Part shown: one piece after another, positions 16,744 through 24,467 of the stretch
How the letters are laid out: the number at the start of each line of letters is the position of its first letter
How positions within the stretch are numbered: the stretch's first letter is position 1
From: a virus
Taxonomy: Duplodnaviria; Caudoviricetes
Strand: one strand, 5' to 3'
DNA length: 32,161 bases
IMG/VR virus record: IMGVR_UViG_3300025779_000010
Span: 1 to 32,161 of that record
Notes under the pieces: generated by a model
Databases searched by the model: none
Told to the model about the DNA's origin: nothing
Seen by the model: the letters and a program-made list of their open reading frames with translations, nothing else
Position numbers and translations under genes: made by a program

Positions 16744-18432
16744 TTATTTACCTTCTAAGAAACGTTTAACGAAATTGTTTTTGCGAGTAGCATGAGAATC
16801 CATAGCTACAGCAGTTGATACACCTTTGCCTTGTAAGAAAGCATTTAAGAATGTAACACGACCAGTCTTAGGTGCTTCTACACCAAGTTTTTTCAAACCA
16901 TATTTAGCCATTTTGTCCAAATCCATTTCTGAATGGTCAAATGCGCCAATATGTTTTGATAAGCGTTCATAGAGTTTTGCTTTTTCAGCAATGTTTTTCT
17001 CTACTTTAGCAACGATAGCAGCAGCGTCCATACCATTGCCACGTTCACCTTCCATTGGTTCTTTCTCAGCACCACCAACCTTACCACCAGCAAGACCCAT
17101 TTCTTCGTCTGTTGCTTCGTCATCAGGTTTTTCTGTATCGCCATCAGGTTCGGTTTCATCTTCGTCAGCAACAGCTTCTTCACCTGCTGAACCAAAAGAT
17201 TGACCCGTTAATTCTTGAATTTTTGCCAATTTTGGCATGACTTCTTCAAGGAATTTATGAACTTCCTCTAGGGTCATAGTAGGCTTCTCGCTACCTACTT
17301 CTTTGTTTTCTTCAGCCATGTTAAAAAGCTCCTTATTATCTACTGTAAAAGTGAAATGGTCTAATACTGCTACATCAGGACCCATACGTCCGTTTTCGAC
17401 TAGGGCTAGATGATTGCCTCTGATTTCTCGTTGCACATAATCATAAGCTACACCATCATAAACTCCAGGAGCATATTCATATCTGCAACGATAACCGCAG
17501 GACAATTCTTTTTTACCGTTAGCAATAAGATTACTCATTGCTTCGGAAAATACTTTGATATTACCTTTAAGATATTCACCATCGAAATAAACATCTTCAC
17601 CGATAACACCTTGAATACCTTTTGCTTCGGCAGGAGTTAAACCTTCATCTTCACTGCCAAGCATAACGTGATTATCAATCCAGGGGAGCAACTTGAATGA
17701 GTTAATACATTCCTCAGTTGATAGTTCTTCTGCTGGACGATATACGTTGTAAATCTTATCTTGTTCGCAATCAGGAGAGATTGAACCGCCTGAATATTGA
17801 AAAATACCTATTTTAGAAAGCGGATTGTCTTTTACTTCAAACCATCCGTTTGTATCATATTCACGCTTATCCATTGCTGAAGCGTTCTCCTCAGCTTTTT
17901 CGGCAATTTCTTCTTCTTCCCCGTCAATTTTGTGAAACAGGGGATTGGGTGCATCTTCAATCGTTGCCCAAACAAATTCGCTGTGTTCGTCATTTAATTC
18001 AGGTTTAAATTCACCATCATTACATCCAAACAAACGAACTTTTCCATCTTCATAAATCAATTGAAGTCCAGTTTCAGGAACGTGCATTGTTTCTTCACGG
18101 GATTCACGAATAGCACCTTCAATTGCTGATTCGCCTTCTTCAACGTGACCGCCAGGAAAGCCCCAAGAATCATCTTTGGTACGTTTTAACCAAAGGATTT
18201 TGTCATCATCTGTATAAACGATAAACGCAACAATCTTAGAATCAGGTTCTTCTTTTAAATCACGCTTATGTGACTCATGTTCTGTTTCGGTTTCTTCTTC
18301 ATCAACCGCAGCGCATTTACGAGCATTTTGATAAGATGCAGCAATAGATTGATTAAGCGGATGCCCAGCCTTAACCATCTCACGGATATTTTCTTGAATT
18401 ATTTTCTTGCTACATCCTTCTAATAAAGGCAT
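16744..18432 (-). CDS. Prohead protease/scaffold (DUF2213-like) with N-terminal Nudix hydrolase domain
   Basis: Nudix box [22 protein letters not shown]; DUF2213 motifs [29 protein letters not shown]; acidic scaffold-like C-terminus; AAGGA RBS. Confidence 0.9.
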   Translation of the reverse strand: MPLLEGCSKKIIQENIREMVKAGHPLNQSIAASYQNARKCAAVDEEETETEHESHKRDLKEEPDSKIVAFIVYTDDDKILWLKRTKDDSWGFPGGHVEEGESAIEGAIRESREETMHVPETGLQLIYEDGKVRLFGCNDGEFKPELNDEHSEFVWATIEDAPNPLFHKIDGEEEEIAEKAEENASAMDKREYDTNGWFEVKDNPLSKIGIFQYSGGSISPDCEQDKIYNVYRPAEELSTEECINSFKLLPWIDNHVMLGSEDEGLTPAEAKGIQGVIGEDVYFDGEYLKGNIKVFSEAMSNLIANGKKELSCGYRCRYEYAPGVYDGVAYDYVQREIRGNHLALVENGRMGPDVAVLDHFTFTVDNKELFNMAEENKEVGSEKPTMTLEEVHKFLEEVMPKLAKIQELTGQSFGSAGEEAVADEDETEPDGDTEKPDDEATDEEMGLAGGKVGGAEKEPMEGERGNGMDAAAIVAKVEKNIAEKAKLYERLSKHIGAFDHSEMDLDKMAKYGLKKLGVEAPKTGRVTFLNAFLQGKGVSTAVAMDSHATRKNNFVKRFLEGK

Positions 18433-18435
18433 AAT
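18407..18435 (+). promoter_or_regulatory. Putative sigma70 promoter for the antisense HNH gene
   Basis: TTGCTA (18407-18412), 17 nt spacer, CATAAT (18430-18435); AAGAGG RBS at 18447-18452 before ATG 18459. Confidence 0.55.
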
Positions 18436-19043
18436 GTTCCTTTCTTAAGAGGCATTTTATGAATAAATGTATTGTATGTGACAAAGAGTTTCCTCTCAAA
18501 TATAGAAGCAAGGGAATTAAACAAGTTTGCTGTTCTAGAGCTTGTTCCTATAAACATCGTGGTGATAAAGAGGTTATTTGTAAAACTTGTAAAAAACCTT
18601 TTAGAGCGCATGGACTTAGACAATATAAAGAATATTGCTCTCTTGCTTGCGTTCAAAGGGAGCCTTGCCAAACTTGTGGAGAAATAATTACTGGTAGAGC
18701 AAAGTTTCAAAGTGGAGAAAGAAAATTTTGTTCTAGAAAATGTGCAGGAATTTCTCGAATCATTAATGGTAAAGCAAAAGTTCATTACATGGCAAATGGA
18801 TTTGCTCAAACTATTAAAAAGTTTGGAAAAATATGTTGTGAAATTTGCAATCAATTTAATATTGATTTTCTTGTTGTTCATCATATAGATGAAAATAGAA
18901 AAAATAATGAACCAAACAATCTTCAAACACTTTGTGCAAATTGTCATCATCAATTGCATTGGAAAAATTCTCGCAATAGAATTAATAATATTGAAAAAGC
19001 TAAATTTATTGCTAATAATTCCACAACCTGATTTTAACGGCAT
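18420..19043 (-). other. 207-codon antisense bridge ORF starting at the relic protease start (MPLKSGC)
   Basis: ATG overlaps upstream stop (TAATG); open across the entire HNH gene; stops just past the protease ATG. The product does not resemble a folded protein family. Confidence 0.5.
18459..19031 (+). mobile_element. HNH endonuclease with N-terminal Cys-rich zinc-binding repeats, opposite strand to operon
   Basis: Three CxxC...CSxxC repeats; CEIC...LVVHHIDENRKNNEPNNLQTLCANCHHQLH HNH core; only convincing plus-strand gene. Confidence 0.92.
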
Positions 19044-19405
19044 TAGATTACCCTACCTGTTTGGAACGGAATATTAGTTACATTAAGCAATACAGTAGCT
19101 TCACGAATATTATCTTCGCTTGTATTGAATATTGGGCGAATTGTATAAACTTGATTTGTTGCACCGCTTGAAACAATTCCACCTGATATATAAACTGATA
19201 TTACTTTTCCAATTGCTGCAATTACACCGTTAGGAAATGTGACAGGTGAACTATTGATTGCTGGAGCTGTAAACACTAAACCAGTTTGGTCAGATGTAAT
19301 AGAAGTAATAGACAAAATTGTTTCAGTAGTATCTAAAATATTGGTACAGTCAATATCGTACCAAATACTTTCAGTTGTCCGTTTTTCTAATATGTAACTA
19401 TTCAT
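19043..19405 (-). CDS. Fibre adaptor-like virion protein
   Basis: K...E...YDID...L...ETI, V.ISGG...Y pattern recalled from phage fibre adaptor proteins; coupled to neighbours. Confidence 0.6.
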   Translation of the reverse strand: MNSYILEKRTTESIWYDIDCTNILDTTETILSITSITSDQTGLVFTAPAINSSPVTFPNGVIAAIGKVISVYISGGIVSSGATNQVYTIRPIFNTSEDNIREATVLLNVTNIPFQTGRVI

Positions 19406-20690
19406 TTACATTCCAATAATCTAGTCTAGGTGAAACATTCCAATTGGTACTTCTTGGTAAAACGTGCCATACTTTTTCAGAGCTATTAAAAATAGGCTTG
19501 CAATAATAAATATCTACAGCATTTTCATGCTCTATAACTGTAACTATGACATAGTTAGTAGCGTTAATAAAATCTTGAGCATTTGCTTGTTCATTTACAA
19601 CCATCAAAAAATTTCTTATCATAGATTGAATATCTACAGCATTACCTGATTCTGAAATAGATGCAAATTTTACAACTACGCCATCTAATACATCTACGGC
19701 AGTTGCTGATTCAATCATTGACAAATACAAATTTAATTGTTCTGAAACAACATCACTAGCATTACCTGATTCTAAAATTGATAAAAATGCAGTTAAAAGT
19801 AAAGATTGTGTATCTAACGCATTTCCCGATTCATTTATTGTTAAATACGCAGTAACATTTTGAAATATTGAATCTATTGCAAGCATTGATTCTGTAATGT
19901 AGTTTTGTGATACTACTGCTCCATTATTTGCATCTTGAGCAATTCCTGTTTCTGAAATGCTTAAACCAGCCGTCATACTTTCAGACTGATTGTCTTGAGC
20001 ATTACCCACTTCGTTTACGGAAAGATTGGCTGACATCGTTTCAGATTGAGAATCTTGAGCTGAACCTGATTCTGAGACAGTAACGGGTGCACTCATAGAT
20101 TCCGATTGAGAATCACTAGCATTTTCGGTCTCAGTAATTGTTGCTTGAGCTGTCATGCTTTCAGATTGAGAATCTTGAGCATTTCCAGATTCAGTAATGG
20201 AAACTGGAGCTGACATTGTTTCGGATTGTGTAGATTGTGCATTTCCTGTTTCGTTAACGCTTACTGCATCAACAGCGTTTTCTGAAACCGTATCTTGAGC
20301 ATTAGCCGTTTCTGTATCTGTCAATGAAGCTGTCATTGCTTCAGATACAACATCTTGAGCATTTCCTGTTTCTAAAACATTAACAGAAGCTGTCATTAAT
20401 TCAGATTGTGTTGATACTGCATTACCTATTTCAGATATAGTACTAGCAGCAGTTGTATTTTCAGATTGAACTTCTACCGCACTTGCAGATTCCGTAATAG
20501 TTTTTGAAGCTACAAGAACTTGAGATTGTGCAGATATAGCACTTCCAACTTCTGTAATAGAAACAGAAGAAATTGTTAATTTTGAAGTAGAATCAACTGC
20601 TGAAACGCTTTCTTCTACAGAAAATATATAAGTGGTAACGCTAGATAAAGAAGAAAATGGAGCTTGCGAAAAAGCAGAAAGTGCAAACAT
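19398..20690 (-). CDS. Acidic repeat protein (20-aa period), probable virion fibre/appendage shaft
   Basis: MFALSAFSQAPF start, then ~19 repeats like ITESGNAQDSQSESMTAQAT. Confidence 0.75.
   Translation of the reverse strand: MFALSAFSQAPFSSLSSVTTYIFSVEESVSAVDSTSKLTISSVSITEVGSAISAQSQVLVASKTITESASAVEVQSENTTAASTISEIGNAVSTQSELMTASVNVLETGNAQDVVSEAMTASLTDTETANAQDTVSENAVDAVSVNETGNAQSTQSETMSAPVSITESGNAQDSQSESMTAQATITETENASDSQSESMSAPVTVSESGSAQDSQSETMSANLSVNEVGNAQDNQSESMTAGLSISETGIAQDANNGAVVSQNYITESMLAIDSIFQNVTAYLTINESGNALDTQSLLLTAFLSILESGNASDVVSEQLNLYLSMIESATAVDVLDGVVVKFASISESGNAVDIQSMIRNFLMVVNEQANAQDFINATNYVIVTVIEHENAVDIYYCKPIFNSSEKVWHVLPRSTNWNVSPRLDYWNVNE
19509..20618 (-). repeat. Degenerate 60-bp coding tandem repeat, ~19 units
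   Basis: Vertical alignment of tcagattg / cttgagc / attacc / tctga in successive 60-nt lines from about 19920 to 20520. Confidence 0.9.
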
Positions 20691-20696
20691 TTTATA

Positions 20697-21188
20697 TTAA
20701 GGCTTAGTAGGAAATATAACTGTAAAAGGGAATCCCTCTTTCTCAGGCAAATCTGCTAAAGCTTGGATATAAGTATCTAACTCATCAATATTATCTATTT
20801 GTGGTTTACCTAATCTAGCAAGTCGATTGTAACGGTCAACTCTGCTTTGAGCTTCTTTAAGTAAAAAGTCACGGTCAGCACGTTTTGAAACTGCAGCGTT
20901 TTGAGTTCTAAGTTGAATTAACTCTGCTGGTGTTTCCTCGTCTTTAACCAAAGATGCAACCCATTTTCCATCTACTAATTGTGGGTCTTTAGGTACATAG
21001 TTATACCCATCTACTATGTTACTAGGAGGGATAACAACCTTTGCTAATCCTACACTTTCCCAATTGGGTTCCTCTGTTAATTCAGAATAATTTGGAATAG
21101 CTGTTGTTAAAGATTCTTCAGATAATGGGTATTCTACAATAACACCATTTTGTATTTTAGCTAAATGTAAGTACATAATTGTATCCAT
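20697..21188 (-). CDS. Fibre assembly chaperone-like protein
   Basis: C-terminal R..RDFLL...Y.QALADLP..EGFP....FP.KP motif; follows a fibre gene. Confidence 0.8.
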   Translation of the reverse strand: MDTIMYLHLAKIQNGVIVEYPLSEESLTTAIPNYSELTEEPNWESVGLAKVVIPPSNIVDGYNYVPKDPQLVDGKWVASLVKDEETPAELIQLRTQNAAVSKRADRDFLLKEAQSRVDRYNRLARLGKPQIDNIDELDTYIQALADLPEKEGFPFTVIFPTKP

Positions 21189-22837
21189 TATTGATAAGTA
21201 TAATAATAATAAACATAAATGGTAGAAGCGTATGTACCAAAATTAAGAACAGTAGAACCTGTATTTGCATTCATAATTTGTGATGTTGTCATTGATATTG
21301 CAACATACGTATAACCGTTACCTGTAGTTGTTGATACTACTGTGCAGTTAACTCCAGTTGGTATATATCCAGTGCCTGAAAGTACAACGACACCTTGCCA
21401 AGTCATTGTGGCATACCCCATTGGACCTACCCAGCCAGTCGTATTGTTAAAAAATGACCCACTAAATGAAAACGTTGGATTATATTGAACAAACCCATTT
21501 ACAGGGAATGACCATTTAGGAGCTAAAGCAAATCTGACACCATTTGACCCAGAGTTTGCTGATACAGACCCAATAAGCATACCTGAAGTAGTATAAGTAT
21601 AAAATGGAATTCCTGAACCATAAGACATCCATGCGCCAGGAGAAGGTAAACTTCCTTGAAAATTAATGTTATCATTACCACCAATAAAAATATTATGTGA
21701 TGCAGAATTTGCTCCTGTTCCATCATAACCTGAAGGTAATGCTATAGTAGTAGATGGTGAGGTAGTTCCTAAAATAGTTAGCCAAGTTGCTCCACCACCG
21801 CCTCCGCCACTAGCAGCTATGGTTATTGTTTGGTATGCGCCTGTTGATGTAGTTAATGTTACCCCTGCCCCAGCTGCAAAGTTAATTGTAGATGCACCAG
21901 ATGCGGAAAAGGTTGGGGTTCCACCTACAGCAATATATGAGTAAGCGTTAGATAACCCACCGCCACCGCTAGGCGTATTCCAAAATAAGTTAGTACCATC
22001 TGAGGTTAATACTTGTCCATAGCTACCTACATAGGATAACCCTGTACCACCACCTGAAGGATTTAACGTACCTGAAAGAGTAACTGCACCAGTAGAAGAT
22101 GATGAAGGACTTAATCCAGATAGAGAAGTTTGGAACGATGTAACACCACCACCTCCACCTGCAGTTGCCCAAACAAAATTACTGCCATCATATTGTAAAT
22201 AGGTTCCCGCTGAAGACGGTGCAGTGATTGTTTGTAAAACTGTTGAGCTAGCTGCTGACTTATATAGAATACCATTATTAGTAAATGAAGTAGCTCCAGT
22301 ACCACCATAAGGAATAGTAACTGCACTTCCGTTCCATGTACCTGCATCTACAGTTGTAAAACGTGCAGTTGATGGTGTGGTAGCTCCAATAGCAACATTG
22401 TTCATTGAGCCGATTGCTGTTGGATTAATTGTTACAGTTCCAGTACCCCCAGTAGGCGAAAGATTTACATTGGCATTTACTGGTGTTAAGTTAATGTCAC
22501 CATTAGGGGAAACTAATACAGACTTTCCTGCTGGATAGGTACAAAAAACAGTCATCAAATTTGATGTATTAAAACTAATTGGTGATGTGGTTCCAAGGCT
22601 ATTGTTAAGAACGGTAGTTCTAGTTAATGTATTTGGTGAGCCTGAAGCAATCGTACCAACCCCTACTTCCCATGTGTAAGCTGTTTGGTCATAAATGCAA
22701 TAATATGTAGTATTGCCATTGCCAATGCTAGAAACAAAAGAAGTATAGCCATTGGCAGCACCAGCAAGATTAACCGCACCCGTACCTGTCGGTATTGTGC
22801 CAGTTTCTTGAACTCTATCATTAACTAAAAATGCCAT
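21188..22837 (-). CDS. Second fibre protein (G/T/S-rich)
   Basis: DRVQET...GTG...LAGA N-terminus, WEVGVGT, VFCTYPA, GGTG repeats and poly-Gly hinges. Confidence 0.8.
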   Translation of the reverse strand: MAFLVNDRVQETGTIPTGTGAVNLAGAANGYTSFVSSIGNGNTTYYCIYDQTAYTWEVGVGTIASGSPNTLTRTTVLNNSLGTTSPISFNTSNLMTVFCTYPAGKSVLVSPNGDINLTPVNANVNLSPTGGTGTVTINPTAIGSMNNVAIGATTPSTARFTTVDAGTWNGSAVTIPYGGTGATSFTNNGILYKSAASSTVLQTITAPSSAGTYLQYDGSNFVWATAGGGGGVTSFQTSLSGLSPSSSSTGAVTLSGTLNPSGGGTGLSYVGSYGQVLTSDGTNLFWNTPSGGGGLSNAYSYIAVGGTPTFSASGASTINFAAGAGVTLTTSTGAYQTITIAASGGGGGGATWLTILGTTSPSTTIALPSGYDGTGANSASHNIFIGGNDNINFQGSLPSPGAWMSYGSGIPFYTYTTSGMLIGSVSANSGSNGVRFALAPKWSFPVNGFVQYNPTFSFSGSFFNNTTGWVGPMGYATMTWQGVVVLSGTGYIPTGVNCTVVSTTTGNGYTYVAISMTTSQIMNANTGSTVLNFGTYASTIYVYYYYTYQ

Positions 22838-22839
22838 GA

Positions 22840-23019
22840 TTATGCACTAGTTACTTGAGATTGTTGAAAATAACGAGTTTGTTCGTTACCTTCATCATCC
22901 ACATAATTAACTAAAACTAAAACTTCGCCAGTTTCTTGGTCTAATGAAAAACCAGCTACCGTACCTTTAATTGCAGTCGGCATAATTTGAGTTACTTCTT
23001 GACCTTTGTTAAATGACAT
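22840..23019 (-). CDS. Small hypothetical protein (59 aa, missed by ORF track)
   Basis: AAGGA RBS; MSFNKGQEVTQIMPTAIKGTVAGFSLDQETGEVLVLVNYVDDEGNEQTRYFQQSQVTSA; fills the gap, stopping 2 nt before the next ATG. Confidence 0.8.
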   Translation of the reverse strand: MSFNKGQEVTQIMPTAIKGTVAGFSLDQETGEVLVLVNYVDDEGNEQTRYFQQSQVTSA

Positions 23020-23058
23020 GATTTTGTCCTTATAAATGTTTTATATGTTTTTAATTAA

Positions 23059-23640
23059 TTATAGAGATAAGCTATAAGTAACTTGAACTACGTTTCCTGA
23101 GCTAACTGGTTGATTTCCACCTGTAAATGCGCCAGCAGAAAGCAAAGTACCAGCAGTTGACATCAATGTGCTAACTGCGCTTGGACCGTATGTTAAAAAT
23201 GCGCCAACCAATGTACCAGCACCTGTCATTGTAAATGAAACAGCAGAGCTTGTAGCAATAGAACCAGCAGAAGCTGTGCCAAAACTTGGAGTAATACGAG
23301 CAGCAAAAGTAGGAGCGTTAGTAGAGCCAGCTTCAGTCCAACCTGTATGAGAAGTCATTGTATCGCCAGCAGCTACAGCAGTATAAGATACAGATGAGAT
23401 TAAACCCATGTAAGGACCAGTAACGCTATAAAGAGAACCTGTCAATGCTGTTTGAAGCATTAAATTTTTGCCAAGGGTACAAACTACGTTATCAATTTTA
23501 TCTTCCCAAAGCAATGGACCGCCTTCGTATTCAAAGCAGCGAAATGTATAAACACCTTCTGCTTGGCAATTTTCACCCATGCCAGCTAAAGAGCCGATAG
23601 ATGCTTTTGCTGATTCAACAGCATTTAATTTGTCTTTCAT
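23059..23640 (-). CDS. Hypothetical virion structural protein (fibre module)
   Basis: W...IDNVV...GKN, YMGLI, V..G..VQVTYSL pattern; GAGGA RBS. Confidence 0.7.
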   Translation of the reverse strand: MKDKLNAVESAKASIGSLAGMGENCQAEGVYTFRCFEYEGGPLLWEDKIDNVVCTLGKNLMLQTALTGSLYSVTGPYMGLISSVSYTAVAAGDTMTSHTGWTEAGSTNAPTFAARITPSFGTASAGSIATSSAVSFTMTGAGTLVGAFLTYGPSAVSTLMSTAGTLLSAGAFTGGNQPVSSGNVVQVTYSLSL

Positions 23641-23642
23641 GT

Positions 23643-24467
23643 TTATTCCTCTAAATCAAAGTTAATGACGGGCTTACAAATACAACGACAATTTGGTAAA
23701 TCACCAGGAAGTCCATGAACATCCTCACCATACATTACACCAATGAACGGAGGGTTATCGAAAGAGTACTCGTTCCCACTCATTCGCTTGTGCAATTCAC
23801 GAGGCTCTTTGCCACCACCTGAATGAATCCAAATGAACTTTTTAACACCCAAAGTCTTTAGTCTAGTTGTATTAATAGACTGATAAGCCTTACGAGTTTG
23901 GTCTAAAGCAACAAGCCTTGCGTGTCTTATGTTGCCTTTATATTTCTTCGTTAGGAAAGGAACTAAATCTTCCATCCCTTTGCCTGTTGTAATGGAGCGC
24001 ATTACCTGACCTTGCACTTCATTCAAGAACTTATAAGGTATGATTTTAATCAAGTTTGCAGCCTCTAATGTGCTTGCCTTGATGACCTCTTGTAATTGTT
24101 CATTTGAAAATGAAGTATCTATGCTTAAATCAGGTAATGCTTCTTTTAACGAATTACGCAATGTAATCGTTGAGTTCTTTATAGTACGCTGAATCATACG
24201 ATTAGTAGCACTTTTGGCTATCTCGTCAAAGCGAGGCTGCCATTTTCTTAATAACCAATTGAGCAACATACGGGATTGACTTGCCAATGAGGCATCCATC
24301 GCTTGCCCGTAGTGATTCTCGTTAAAAGTCTTTTTTAACTCTCTACGAACGTCACGAAACATTAATTCTAGTTCATTGACAATAGGCTTTGCGTAATCGG
24401 TTGAGATACCAGCGTTAGGACGCAAGGCAGAGCCGACTGCATTATTTTTTGATTGTTTTTTTAGCAC
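23643..24467 (-). CDS. Minor head protein (SPP1 gp7/MuF-like)
   Basis: ARLVALDQTRK, FIW.HSGG..PR..H, PG.LPNCRC motifs; GTG start uncertain. Confidence 0.9.
   Translation of the reverse strand: MLKKQSKNNAVGSALRPNAGISTDYAKPIVNELELMFRDVRRELKKTFNENHYGQAMDASLASQSRMLLNWLLRKWQPRFDEIAKSATNRMIQRTIKNSTITLRNSLKEALPDLSIDTSFSNEQLQEVIKASTLEAANLIKIIPYKFLNEVQGQVMRSITTGKGMEDLVPFLTKKYKGNIRHARLVALDQTRKAYQSINTTRLKTLGVKKFIWIHSGGGKEPRELHKRMSGNEYSFDNPPFIGVMYGEDVHGLPGDLPNCRCICKPVINFDLEE

Noticed and set aside
18433-19022. Group I intron or T4 gene 60-style bypass joining MPLKSGC to the protease body
   Set aside because: The HNH ORF fills almost the whole insert, leaving no room for a ribozyme core. About 600 nt is far beyond known bypass distances, and the protease has its own RBS and ATG.
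19509-20618. 60-bp periodic repeat as a CRISPR array
   Set aside because: Units are degenerate at third codon positions, in frame in a protein, with no constant repeat/unique spacer structure and no cas genes.
23020-23058. AT-rich gap with a short AAAACAT repeat as a regulatory site
   Set aside because: Too short and low in complexity to distinguish from chance in an AT-rich genome.
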